Positions 48,523 to 58,035 are shown, numbered from the stretch's first letter. The stretch: 64,000 bases of DNA from an uncultured Anaerolinea sp. (GCA_964531975.1 CAZHFU010000002.1:74133-138132), one strand, 5' to 3'. Notes: generated by a model not told the origin, from the letters alone. Translations and numbers: made by a program.

Positions 48523-50184
48523 TTAATCCGTTGCAAAAAACGTGCCATCATCCAATATCCGGTCCACCTGGCAGCCGGATTGGCGCAGCATCTCGATAGC
48601 CTCCGGCGAGATGGCCCCATCCCCGCCCACCACCGTCACCCGGGCGGCATGCTGCGCCTCGGCTAAAGAAAAACCAATCGTGGGATGAGAGACGCTCAAC
48701 ATTGGTTCGATGAGCGCCAGGTCCCAATTTGCAGCGCCCCAGGCATATAGGGGCAGCAGAATGTAATGGGAAATCGCAGCCCGGCCGCCGGCCCGCATTT
48801 CAACCGGCGGAGCAGCGAGCGGCGCAGGCGCGGGGGTCGCCGCGGGGGTCGCCGCGGGGGTCGCCGCGGGGGGCGCGGGCTTTGGCGTGGGGGGCGCCGC
48901 GGGGGGCGCGGGCTGTGCGGTGGCCGCCAACTCAACCGCCCGACCTCGGCTATGCGCAGGGCTTCCGCACTCCAGGCCCGCTGCGCCTCGGTTATCCATC
49001 CGCTCTCCCCATTTCTCCGCTTCCACCCCGGCGCCACGCTCCGGCGGCCAGGTTATGTCATCCCAGCTTTCTAGTAAAACCGGCCACAGCCGCCACCCCA
49101 CAGGCCCGGCTTCCCCCGCCCCGCCGCCAACCAATCCCCGCCCTCGGTCGGGCGCGGCCGAGGTTTGCGCATCCTCAGCCGCCCGAGACGCGCCTTGCCG
49201 TACCTGGTTAGCCACCCATTGGCGCAGCGCACCGGCCGCCGGCAGTGGTTCTTCGCCCGGCGTAAACCAGGCCTGCGCCGACCAGGGATCCTCCGCCTCG
49301 GCGGCTAGCAGCCAAAAGTTGCACGCTAACACCGGCGCATCCAGCCGCGGCACGCCCACTTGCTCCCCGGCCAGGCTGCGCGCCAGCGTCTGATGCACCT
49401 GGGCATGCCGCAATCGCTCCGCCAGGGATAGGCCCGCTCGCGGCCCCTCCGGCATACGTTTTCCGGCCCGCAGCAGCAGCACCGGCGGGGCGAAGCCCAA
49501 TTCCTCTTGCGCAATGCTGCTGTACCAATCGGCAATATGAAAACCACGCTGGTCTTGACAGCCCGACGGACTGCTGCACGACCGGTAGGGGCGAGCTTGC
49601 GGCCAGCGCCCCGGCCCGCCCGCCCCCCAATCCAGCCCGGCGGGGTTCACCCAGGCATCGGCGCTCAACGCCAAATTGGTGAGCAGCTCCGGCTCGGCCT
49701 GGCGGCGCAGCACTTTCAGCGCCCGCCGCAAAAAGGCCAAATCCCAATAATCGCCCCCCGGCTCTAGCGGCGGCAGCACCGGACGGATGCCATACGCATG
49801 CGAGAGACGCGCCAGGGGCAAAAAGCTGTCCACAAATCGCTCCACCAGGTCGCCCTGCGCCCACGCGCCGCCCCAAGCACTGCGCAGGTTAGGGTGATCG
49901 AACCAGGCGATATAGCGCACTCCCCAATCGGCATAGGCGCGCACCAGGGGATGTAATTCTTGAATTGTTTGCCCCATTACAAGTTGGGAAAAATGCAGTA
50001 CCGGTTGGATGCCCGCCTGCCTCAGACCCGCGATAAACTCTTCGGGGATGGCGCGTTGGTTAGGGGCCGCCAGGGTCAACCAAGACGCCCCCAGCCCGGT
50101 TAATACCGGCAGCCAGGCATCTAAATCACTACTGCGATAGTGATGAGAATCTGCAAAATAATGAAATCCCAGGCGTTCAAACAT
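48523..50184 (-). CDS. Hypothetical protein, N-terminal TIM-barrel/glycoside-hydrolase-like region, P/A/T-rich linker, small C-terminal domain
   Basis: The 553-aa ORF has a gaggag SD. The N-terminus reads GFHYFADSHHYRSSDLDAWLPVLTGLGASWLTL...YIAWFDHPN. The linker reads PAPPAAPPTPKPAPPAATPAATPAATPAPAP. The family assignment is only an impression. Confidence 0.65.
   Translation of the reverse strand: MFERLGFHYFADSHHYRSSDLDAWLPVLTGLGASWLTLAAPNQRAIPEEFIAGLRQAGIQPVLHFSQLVMGQTIQELHPLVRAYADWGVRYIAWFDHPNLRSAWGGAWAQGDLVERFVDSFLPLARLSHAYGIRPVLPPLEPGGDYWDLAFLRRALKVLRRQAEPELLTNLALSADAWVNPAGLDWGAGGPGRWPQARPYRSCSSPSGCQDQRGFHIADWYSSIAQEELGFAPPVLLLRAGKRMPEGPRAGLSLAERLRHAQVHQTLARSLAGEQVGVPRLDAPVLACNFWLLAAEAEDPWSAQAWFTPGEEPLPAAGALRQWVANQVRQGASRAAEDAQTSAAPDRGRGLVGGGAGEAGPVGWRLWPVLLESWDDITWPPERGAGVEAEKWGERMDNRGAAGLECGSPAHSRGRAVELAATAQPAPPAAPPTPKPAPPAATPAATPAATPAPAPLAAPPVEMRAGGRAAISHYILLPLYAWGAANWDLALIEPMLSVSHPTIGFSLAEAQHAARVTVVGGDGAISPEAIEMLRQSGCQVDRILDDGTFFATD
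48832..48914. repeat. Short GC-rich tandem repeats inside the P/A/T linker coding region
   Basis: The unit gggggtcgccgc occurs 3 times in tandem at 48832-48867. The unit cgccgcggggggcgcgggct occurs twice, at 48862-48881 and 48895-48914. Confidence 0.7.
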
Positions 50185-50363
50185 AAGTCGCTCCTCGCTG
50201 CATACCTGTGTGCAAGAAATCTGCCAAACCTGGGAAAGGCGTTAATTTTCCTCCTACCTCGCGCCAACGCAATTCATACACCCCGACGGTAGAATAGCGG
50301 TGAATTAACGGTACAATAGACCTGTGGACGCCCCTCCAGGTATAAACAGTATGGAGAATAGTA

Positions 50364-51200
50364 ATGATGACTTCTAGCTTTATTGTGGATGTAACAGAAG
50401 CCGATTTTGAATATGAAGTGATCGCCTTTTCGCAGGAAGCCCCGGTGGTGGTGGACTTCTGGGCGGAATGGTGCGGTCCGTGCAAGATGATTGGCCCCGT
50501 GTTGGAAAAGCTCGCCATTGAAGCCCAAGGCGGCTTCCGCCTGGCGAAGGTCAACGTAGATGAGAACCCGCGCCTGGCCGTGCGCTTTGGGGTTACCGGT
50601 ATCCCCGCTGTGAAAGCTTTTCGCAATCAGCAGATTGTGGCCGAATTTGCCGGGGTGCGCCCCGAACCGGCTTTGCGGGAGTTTGTGCAAGCCCTGGCCC
50701 CCACGCAAGCCGACCTGGCCCTGGAAAAAGGCTTTAGCCTGCTCGATCAACAGCAGGCCGCCCAGGCTGCAAACGCTTTCCGCGAGGCGCTGGCCGCAGT
50801 ACCTGGAAAACCCGAAGCCCTGCTCGGCCTGAGCCGGGCGTTGCTGCTGCAAGGAGGCAGCCCAGAGGCCCTTTCAATCCTCCAGCGCTTTCCTCCAAGC
50901 CGCTCCTACAATTCGGCCCAAATACTCCTACCCCTGGCCCAGGCATTGCAAGGTCTCACCCAAGGCGACCCGTTCAGCGGTGAAGACCCGCTTGACCCCG
51001 CCTACGAAAACGCCCTGCGCCTGGTAAGGCGTGGCAATTTTGAGGCCGCCATGGATGGCTTGCTCGACATTTTGCGCGAGAACAAACGCTACCGCGACGG
51101 CCTGGCGCGCAAGGTGATGCTGGGGCTGCTCGAAACACTTGGCGAAGGCAGCCCGGTCACCCGCAGCTACCGCAGCGAACTGGCCCTGGTGCTGTTCTAA
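50364..51200 (+). CDS. Thioredoxin-domain protein with TPR-like C-terminal domain (YbbN/CnoX-like)
   Basis: The sequence VVDFWAEWCGPCKMIGPVLEKLA carries an intact CGPC site, followed by a helical C-terminal half. The gene is divergent from the ftsZ operon. Confidence 0.88.
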   Translation: MMTSSFIVDVTEADFEYEVIAFSQEAPVVVDFWAEWCGPCKMIGPVLEKLAIEAQGGFRLAKVNVDENPRLAVRFGVTGIPAVKAFRNQQIVAEFAGVRPEPALREFVQALAPTQADLALEKGFSLLDQQQAAQAANAFREALAAVPGKPEALLGLSRALLLQGGSPEALSILQRFPPSRSYNSAQILLPLAQALQGLTQGDPFSGEDPLDPAYENALRLVRRGNFEAAMDGLLDILRENKRYRDGLARKVMLGLLETLGEGSPVTRSYRSELALVLF

Positions 51201-51213
51201 AAGCTCTTTATTG

Positions 51214-51255
51214 AGCAGCTGCCCAAAAGATAATCTTGGGCAGCTGCTTGTTTTA
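51214..51255 (+). terminator. Rho-independent terminator
   Basis: The stem is agcagctgccca / tgggcagctgct with an 11-nt loop, followed by tgtttta. Confidence 0.7.
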
Positions 51256-51341
51256 TCCACGCCGCCCAATGAGTTTATCTCTTGCTCAGCCGAGCGCGGT
51301 CATCTTGAGCCTGCTCTTGGAGCCACCCCTCTGGATAACCT

Positions 51342-53426
51342 ATGCGAAAAAAAACCTCTCTCATTTTATTAGTAATCGCATGGCTGCTCTCAACCACCGT
51401 CCCTATACCCGCCCAACGCTTAACTTTTAACCCCGGCTACCCGCGCCTCGGAATGTGGTGGCCGAATGTGTACACTCAGCCGGCGGCGCAAATTGCCCGC
51501 TATGATTACGTGGTGTACGACGAAAGCCAGGCCGCCGAGGCCGGGCAGGTGAAGGCGCTCAACCCGAATGCGCTGGCGCTCAACAGCACTAACGCTTGCG
51601 AGCTGCCCTTTGACGATTCCGAGCCAGCCGGGCAGAACGGCAACGCCGCCGTCAGCGCCATCCCGCCCGAATGGTTCCTTACCCAAGTGGGAACCACCCT
51701 CAAGACCGCCGTCAACGCCACCCAAACCACGTTCAGCTTGAACGCTGTGACGGTGAGCGGCGGCGGTCAGAGTTACGATCTGTTTGTCCCCGGCGAGGCG
51801 GCGCTGATTGGCTGGGAGAGCGTCAAGGTAAAGTCGGTCAATAAGGCCGCCAAGACGATCACAGTGCAGCGCGGCTACGTGCGCCCGGCTTCCTCCCACC
51901 CGGCTGGAACGCGTATCGCCGCCCACGTCACCTTCTGGCCGGGTTCATGGCTGCTAAACTTAAGCGTCCAATCTCCCAAAGCCACTATCGACCCCCGCAT
52001 CGGCCCCGAAAATTGGGCTGAGTTTCACGCCCGAACCGACGCCCACTTGCTGAATAACGCCGTGTGGGATGGTGTGCTGATCGACCGCGCCGACCCCGAT
52101 CAAAGCTGGCTGGTGGGCGAGGCCTCCACCGCCCGCACACTCGACCCCAACCAGTCCAACACTCTGCCCAACGACAACTACGCCGCCTTCGACGCCGGCT
52201 GGAACATCGGTTTACGCGCCTACGAAAGCGAACTGCGCCGCCTGGTCGGACCGGATAAAATCCTCTACGTCAATTGGGGCATGACCAACTACGACTTGCT
52301 AAACGGCAACAACTACGAAGGGTTCCCGCAAGATGACGGCTGGTCTTACAGCTACCCCTGGAGCCAGACCGTCTTCGGCCCGGTGGAAAAGGGCAGTTAT
52401 TTTGAATGGATGGAGCAGGCGCGCCGGCCCAACTTAACCACCATCCAAACCTACGAAGATGACAGCGGCCCAGACCCCTCCGGCGACGGGACTTACGATA
52501 ACCCCTGTGCGCAGCCTGGTTTCGTTCCCAATTACCGCAAGATGCGCTTTGGCCTGGCTTCAGCCCTGCTTAACGACGGTTTCTTCAGCTACGAGATCAA
52601 CACCAACGGGCATGGGTGGTTGTGTTTGCTGTGGTTCGATGAATATGATAACGCCGGGCAGGGGCGCGGCTACTTGGGCGCGCCCCTGGCGCCCGCGCAG
52701 CGCGCCGTGGGTCCGCTCCCCACCCCAAACCTGACCGTGGGCGGCGATATGGAAAACCAGGCCAACCTGGATAACTGGAATTTTTGGACCGAAACCGGCT
52801 ACGCCGGAGCGACAAGCATCGACGCCGCCACCCACGCCGTCGGGACGGCCTCCCTGCGAATAGACATTACCCAAGCAGCCGGGGTGGACTGGCAGGCGGC
52901 GCTGGCCTATGAGCCGGCAGCCCTCACCGCCGGGCAGGATTACACCCTATCGTTTTGGGCGAAGGCGCAGGCAGAGCGGCCCATCAGCGCCTGGGCGCAG
53001 CGCAACAACCCACCCTGGGATACATGGTTGAATTTCGGGAGTTTCGAACTGACCACCCAGTGGCGGCGTTATGAGGTCTCGGTTCCCTCCACCGGCAGCG
53101 ACGCAGTGGCGGCCTTGCAGTTCGGCTTCGGGCAAACCACCGGCAGCGTGTGGCTGGACGATATTCACCTACAACAAGGCAGTCGTGAGATATGGCGGCG
53201 AGATTTTACCAACGGCCTGGCGTTGGTGAACGCCAGCTCCCTCCCCCAAACCGTATCCCTGGAGGGCTGGTACATAAGAATTCGCGGAACCCAAGATCCA
53301 ACCGTCAACCACGGCGGACTGACCAACCAGGTCGTGCTGCCGTCGCATGACGGGCTCATTCTGCTGCGCTACACCGGGGCGGTGCGGCAAATCTTTCTGC
53401 CGCTGGCGCGAAAGCTTGGCCGATGA
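51342..53426 (+). CDS. Secreted protein: putative glycoside-hydrolase-like N-terminal domain + CBM4/9-like carbohydrate-binding module
   Basis: The signal peptide reads MRKKTSLILLVIAWLLSTTVPIPAQR. The C-terminal ~170 aa, GGDMENQANLDNWNFWTE...GTASLRIDI...WQAAL...YTLSFWAKA...RYEVS, matches the pattern of CBM_4_9 jelly-roll modules. The catalytic family is not established. Confidence 0.6.
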   Translation: MRKKTSLILLVIAWLLSTTVPIPAQRLTFNPGYPRLGMWWPNVYTQPAAQIARYDYVVYDESQAAEAGQVKALNPNALALNSTNACELPFDDSEPAGQNGNAAVSAIPPEWFLTQVGTTLKTAVNATQTTFSLNAVTVSGGGQSYDLFVPGEAALIGWESVKVKSVNKAAKTITVQRGYVRPASSHPAGTRIAAHVTFWPGSWLLNLSVQSPKATIDPRIGPENWAEFHARTDAHLLNNAVWDGVLIDRADPDQSWLVGEASTARTLDPNQSNTLPNDNYAAFDAGWNIGLRAYESELRRLVGPDKILYVNWGMTNYDLLNGNNYEGFPQDDGWSYSYPWSQTVFGPVEKGSYFEWMEQARRPNLTTIQTYEDDSGPDPSGDGTYDNPCAQPGFVPNYRKMRFGLASALLNDGFFSYEINTNGHGWLCLLWFDEYDNAGQGRGYLGAPLAPAQRAVGPLPTPNLTVGGDMENQANLDNWNFWTETGYAGATSIDAATHAVGTASLRIDITQAAGVDWQAALAYEPAALTAGQDYTLSFWAKAQAERPISAWAQRNNPPWDTWLNFGSFELTTQWRRYEVSVPSTGSDAVAALQFGFGQTTGSVWLDDIHLQQGSREIWRRDFTNGLALVNASSLPQTVSLEGWYIRIRGTQDPTVNHGGLTNQVVLPSHDGLILLRYTGAVRQIFLPLARKLGR

Positions 53427-53519
53427 GTGCTTGCCTGGATTCTTGGATATTCCCGGCCGCTGCTCGAAGCTCAAGCAATTGGAATTCGGCCCCCAGGCGT
53501 GTTGTATAATGAGGCCGTT

Positions 53520-54200
53520 ATGACCCCCTACACCTACGAGTACCCCCGCCCCGCCGTGACGGTTGACATTGTGATCTTCACGCTGCGCGACAACCGCTTG
53601 CAGGCGCTGTTGGTGCAGCGCGCCCGCCCGCCATTCGAGGGACAGTATGCTCTGCCGGGCGGTTTTGTGGAGATGGACGAATCGCTGGAAGCCGCCGCTT
53701 TACGTGAGCTGGCCGAAGAGACCGGCGTTCAAGGAGCCTATTTAGAGCAGCTCTACACCTATGGCGATGTGGGTCGCGACCCGCGCGGGCGCACGGTGAG
53801 CGTGGCCTACTTCGCCCTCATTCCATCCGACGCGCCCCTACACAGCGGCAGCGACGCCCGCCAGGCGCGCTGGGCGCCCATCGACGCCCTGCCCGCACTG
53901 GCCTTCGATCACGATCAGATTGTGGCCTACGCCTTGCGCCGCCTGCGCTACAAGCTAGAATATACCGCCGCTTGTTTTGAACTGCTGCCCGAAGTATTTA
54001 GCCTTACGGAATTGCAGCACACTTATGAAATCATCTTGGGCGAGAATATCGATAAGCGCAATTTCCGGCGGCGCATCCTGGCGACGGGCGTCATCGAGCC
54101 AACCGCTCAGCGCCGCAGCGGCGATGGCCGGCCCGCCCAGCTCTACCGCTACCGCCCCAACGCTGTCGCTGAAGTTAAGGCCCGGCGGCTGTTCCCCTAG
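53520..54200 (+). CDS. Nudix-domain protein with C-terminal winged-helix domain (NrtR-like regulator)
   Basis: The Nudix box reads GGFVEMDESLEAAALRELAEETGV. The C-terminal region reads FDHDQIVAYALRRLRYKLEYT...FSLTELQHTYEIILGENIDKRNFRRRI. ATG 53520 gives the canonical N-terminus, whereas the track start 53427 abuts the upstream stop. Confidence 0.78.
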   Translation: MTPYTYEYPRPAVTVDIVIFTLRDNRLQALLVQRARPPFEGQYALPGGFVEMDESLEAAALRELAEETGVQGAYLEQLYTYGDVGRDPRGRTVSVAYFALIPSDAPLHSGSDARQARWAPIDALPALAFDHDQIVAYALRRLRYKLEYTAACFELLPEVFSLTELQHTYEIILGENIDKRNFRRRILATGVIEPTAQRRSGDGRPAQLYRYRPNAVAEVKARRLFP

Positions 54201-54213
54201 CACCAGGGCGCTT

Positions 54214-54256
54214 AAACGACAACCGGCTTCAGTACGCTGAAGCCGGTTGTCGTTTT
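54214..54256 (+). terminator. Rho-independent terminator
   Basis: The 19-bp stem is aaacgacaaccggcttcag / ctgaagccggttgtcgttt with loop tacg. A T-run forms part of the 3' arm. Confidence 0.8.
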
Positions 54257-54496
54257 ATGATCCAAAATTGCAGCGCCCCACCATGCCGTGTGCTGCGTAG
54301 TTTTGAACCTGCCTTCGCAGGTTGGGAACCCGCCTCTTAGGATCCGCCTTGACTAAAGCCTTTCGGCCGCCTATCGCGTCACCGGGGGAAGATTGGGCCC
54401 CTATTAGTGAGTGTTGGCTCAAAACCTGGGGTGCGGCATCACGCGCACAGCAGGGGTAACATTCTTATACCATAAAAGGGGGGGCGCGGGAAGACT

Positions 54497-54544
54497 TTAC
54501 AGATTAGAAAAAATTGAAAGCGGCTGCCCACATCGCGCCCGGCA
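54497..54544 (-). terminator. Rho-independent terminator for asnS
   Basis: On the minus strand the hairpin gaaaagcggctgcc...ggcagccgctttc is followed by aattttttct. It lies about 100 nt downstream of the asnS stop. Confidence 0.7.
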
Positions 54545-54645
54545 GCCGCTTTTCATCAGTTCCTCACCTGCTCACCGGAACGCATCTGCGCCCCACAAAC
54601 GTGATCTCCCATTCCATGTCTCCAGGCTCGCCAATGCCGCCACGC

Positions 54646-55989
54646 CTACGGATAGACGCGCTTGATAGTGCGTGGGAAGGCGATGGTCTCGCGGATATGC
54701 TGGATGCCGGTTAACCAGGTGACCAGGCGCTCTACCCCTAGCCCAAAGCCGGAGTGCGGCACACTGCCATATTTGCGCAGCTCCAGATACCATTCGAACG
54801 ACTGGCGCGGCAAGTTATGCTCTTCCAGGCGCTTGAGCAGCAAATCGTAATCCGAGATGCGCTCCGAACCGCCGATGATTTCTCCATAGCCTTCGGGGGC
54901 CAGCAGATCGACGCTCTTACACACCTCCGGGCGACCCGGCCACGGTTCCATGTAGAAAGCCTTGACCGCGGTGGGGTAGCCGTAAACGAACACAGGTTTA
55001 TCGAAGCGCGCTGTGAGGGCGGTTTCGTGCGGCGCGCCGAAATCCATGCCCCATTCAATCGCCAGCAGTTCTTTTTGTTCGGGGTCGTCGGTTTCAGAGC
55101 GGATTTGCTCCAGCATCTTCAGGGCATCATCGTAAGATACGCGCGGAAACGGCGGGGTTACGCGCGCCAATTTCTCCTCGTCGCGCCCCAGCGATTTAAG
55201 CTCCGGCCCGCAGTCGCGCAGCACTCGCTGCACAATGTGACTGATGAACTGCTCCTCGATTTCAATCATCCCATCCAGGTCGCAGAAAGCAATTTCCGGT
55301 TCCACCATCCAGAACTCGGTCAGGTGGCGGCGGGTCTTAGATTTTTCGGCGCGGAAGGTGGGGCCGAAACAGTACACCTTACCAAAAGCAAAGATGTTAG
55401 CTTCGTTGTAGAGCTGGCCGCTTTGGGCCAGGTAGGCTTCGCCCTCGTCAAAGTAGGGCGTGCCGAACAGCGTAGTCGTCCCTTCACAGGCCGCCGGGGT
55501 GAGGATGGGCGTATCCATGTGGGTGAAGCCGTTATCGTTGAGCCATTCCCGAATGGCGGCAATCGCCGCCGAACGCACCTTGAGGATCGCCCACTGGCTG
55601 GGCATACGCATCCACAGGTGACGATGGTCGAGGGCGAAATCTACGCCATGCTCTTTGAGCGCCATGGGGTAATCTTCCGCCGCCATCTGAACCACCTCGA
55701 AATGGGTGATGCCCACCTCGAACCCGCCCGGAATGCCTGGAGCGCGGCTATCGGCGCGCACTTTACCGGTGATAATCACCGAGGACTCTTGGGTGACATG
55801 GCTGGCAGTGTTGAACTCTTCGGGGAGCAGATCGTTTTTAAAAGCCACGCACTGCGCAAAGCCGGAGCCATCTCGCACCAACAGAAAAACCAGCTTGCCC
55901 TTATCGGTGCGGTTGTAAACCCAACCACGCACTACCACTTCCTGGTCTACGTACTGGGCAATATCTTTGATTTGAATGATCTGTGCCAT
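54646..55989 (-). CDS. asnS: Asparagine--tRNA ligase
   Basis: The N-terminal OB-fold reads VVVRGWVYNRTDKGKLVFLLVRDGSG. The class IIb motifs are FRAEKSKTRRHLTEFWMVEPEIAF and GFGLGVERLV, and the C-terminus is AFPRTIKRVYP. Confidence 0.92.
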   Translation of the reverse strand: MAQIIQIKDIAQYVDQEVVVRGWVYNRTDKGKLVFLLVRDGSGFAQCVAFKNDLLPEEFNTASHVTQESSVIITGKVRADSRAPGIPGGFEVGITHFEVVQMAAEDYPMALKEHGVDFALDHRHLWMRMPSQWAILKVRSAAIAAIREWLNDNGFTHMDTPILTPAACEGTTTLFGTPYFDEGEAYLAQSGQLYNEANIFAFGKVYCFGPTFRAEKSKTRRHLTEFWMVEPEIAFCDLDGMIEIEEQFISHIVQRVLRDCGPELKSLGRDEEKLARVTPPFPRVSYDDALKMLEQIRSETDDPEQKELLAIEWGMDFGAPHETALTARFDKPVFVYGYPTAVKAFYMEPWPGRPEVCKSVDLLAPEGYGEIIGGSERISDYDLLLKRLEEHNLPRQSFEWYLELRKYGSVPHSGFGLGVERLVTWLTGIQHIRETIAFPRTIKRVYP

Positions 55990-56066
55990 AATATCTCCTC
56001 TTAGCTGCTCTGCGGAGAGGACGGCGAAAACGCCGCCCTGCTCCCAATCAAGCGCGCCGGTATGAT

Positions 56067-57839
56067 CTATTCTACTATCTTAATATGCAGTTCTTGCAGC
56101 TGCTTCGGTTCCGCCGGCGAGGGGGCGTCGGCCATCACATCGCGGCCCATCTGGTTCTTGGGGAAGGCGATCACCTCGCGGATATTCGGTTCGCCGGCCA
56201 GGATCATGCACACGCGGTCAATGCCGGGGGCGATGCCGCCGTGCGGGGGCGTACCATATTCGAAGGCTTCCAGCATATGCCCAAAGCGCTCCTGGGCCAC
56301 CTCGTGCTCCAGGCCAATCAGGGCGAACACCTTCTCTTGTAATTGGCGTTTGTGAATACGAATTGATCCGCCGCCCACTTCATAATTATTCAGCACCAGG
56401 TCATACTGTTGGCCGCGGGCTTTGCCGGGATCGCTATCCAACAGGGGCAAATCTTCGGTCATGGGGGAGGTAAACAGGTGATGGCTGGGGTCCCAACGCT
56501 GTTCATCTTCATTCCAGGCAAAAAGGGGAAAGTCGATGACCCAGCAAAAAGCCAGCACGTTGGGGTCTGCCAGGTGCAGGCGTTCGCCTAATAGCACCCG
56601 CAGCCGCCCCAACACCTCAAATACCAGGGCGGGGCGAGAGTCAGCCACGATTAGGAGCAAGTCGCCCGGTTCGGCTTCCAGGCGCTGTTCGATGTTCGCC
56701 GCCACCTGAGCGGGTAAGAACCTGGCGAACGAAGAGCGGGCCTCGCCGCCGTCTTTAGGCAGAGCATGCCAGGCCAGGCCCTTGGCCCCAAACTTCTTGA
56801 CATACTCGGTTAGCTCGTCAATCTGCTTCCGGCTGTAATCGGCGCAGCCCTTCGCGTTGAGGCCGCGCACATGCCCGCCTTCGGCCAGAGCGGCGTCGAA
56901 GACCTTGAAGCCGCCGCCTTGCACCACCGGGCTGAGGTCTTTTAGCTCCAGCCCAAAGCGCAAATCGGGGTTGTCTTTCCCAAAACGTTCCAGGGCCTCG
57001 TCATAGGTCAGGCGCGGCCACGGGCTGGATAGTAAGCGCTTTTCGGGCGTCACCTCTTTAACTAACTGGGTGAACATGCCTTCGGCCAGGGCCATAATAT
57101 CTTCGCGCTCAATGAAAGACATCTCGATATCAAGCTGGGTAAACTCCGGCTGCCGGTCGCCGCGCTGGTCTTCATCGCGGAAGCAGCGCGCAATCTGGAA
57201 GTATCGCTCGACCCCCGCCACCATCAGCAGCTGCTTAAGCTGTTGGGGAGATTGCGGCAGAGCATAGAATTGGCCGGGGTGAACGCGCGAAGGAACCAGG
57301 TAGTCGCGGGCGCCTTCGGGGGTGGTTTTGAATAAGATCGGCGTTTCCACTTCGATAAAACCGCGCTCGGCCAGATAGTTGCGGATAAAACGGACCACCC
57401 GATGGCGCAGCTCCAGGTTGTGGCGCATACGCTCCCGCCGCAGGTCAAGGTAACGATAGCGCAGACGGGTGTTTTCGTCGGGTTCTTCTTCCTTATTGAT
57501 GGAAAAAGGAGGAGTTTTAGCCTGGTTGAGAACCACCACCTTGCTAACCGCCACTTCGATCTCACCGGTGGGCATATTGGGGTTCTCTGCGCCGGCCTGG
57601 CGCGGGCGCACCACCCCTTCAAGCTGCACCACCCACTCCGGGCGCAGAGCGTCCATGTCGGCGCGCACATTTTCGGGGGTGTCGTCATCGGCCACCACCT
57701 GCACTAAGCCATAGCGGTCGCGCAAATCTAAGAACGCCACGCCGCCATGATCGCGGCGGCGATGCACCCACCCCGCCAATTGCACAGCCTGGCCGACCTG
57801 CTGACGGCGCAGTTCTCCGCAGGTGTGTGATTTATACAT
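56067..57839 (-). CDS. aspS: Aspartate--tRNA ligase (bacterial type with GAD insertion)
   Basis: The sequence reads [75 protein letters not shown] and [12 protein letters not shown]. The SD aggaggag precedes ATG 57839. Confidence 0.95.
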   Translation of the reverse strand: MYKSHTCGELRRQQVGQAVQLAGWVHRRRDHGGVAFLDLRDRYGLVQVVADDDTPENVRADMDALRPEWVVQLEGVVRPRQAGAENPNMPTGEIEVAVSKVVVLNQAKTPPFSINKEEEPDENTRLRYRYLDLRRERMRHNLELRHRVVRFIRNYLAERGFIEVETPILFKTTPEGARDYLVPSRVHPGQFYALPQSPQQLKQLLMVAGVERYFQIARCFRDEDQRGDRQPEFTQLDIEMSFIEREDIMALAEGMFTQLVKEVTPEKRLLSSPWPRLTYDEALERFGKDNPDLRFGLELKDLSPVVQGGGFKVFDAALAEGGHVRGLNAKGCADYSRKQIDELTEYVKKFGAKGLAWHALPKDGGEARSSFARFLPAQVAANIEQRLEAEPGDLLLIVADSRPALVFEVLGRLRVLLGERLHLADPNVLAFCWVIDFPLFAWNEDEQRWDPSHHLFTSPMTEDLPLLDSDPGKARGQQYDLVLNNYEVGGGSIRIHKRQLQEKVFALIGLEHEVAQERFGHMLEAFEYGTPPHGGIAPGIDRVCMILAGEPNIREVIAFPKNQMGRDVMADAPSPAEPKQLQELHIKIVE

Positions 57840-57855
57840 AACTCTCCTCCTATAG

Positions 57856-57893
57856 AAAAAAATCGCCCTACGCAAGCTGCTGCGTCGGGCGAT
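57856..57893 (-). promoter_or_regulatory. Intrinsic terminator hairpin + U7 tract inside the aspS 5' leader (attenuator)
   Basis: On the minus-strand RNA, the hairpin aucgcccgacgcag-cagc-uugcguagggcgau is followed by seven U, which end 5 nt before the aggaggag SD. An upstream segment cugcgucgggcg (57951-57940) is perfectly complementary to the 5' arm. Confidence 0.6.
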
Positions 57894-58035
57894 TGGTTTT
57901 TAAGGCTAAGGACTAACGAACCGGTAGCCCTTGCCCCACCGCCCGACGCAGTGAATTATTATCGTTGGCGTTACCATCAACGAGGTTCACTTCACAGCCG
58001 GCGCGGGGGTTTGAGATTGCTACCATTAGCGGTGC

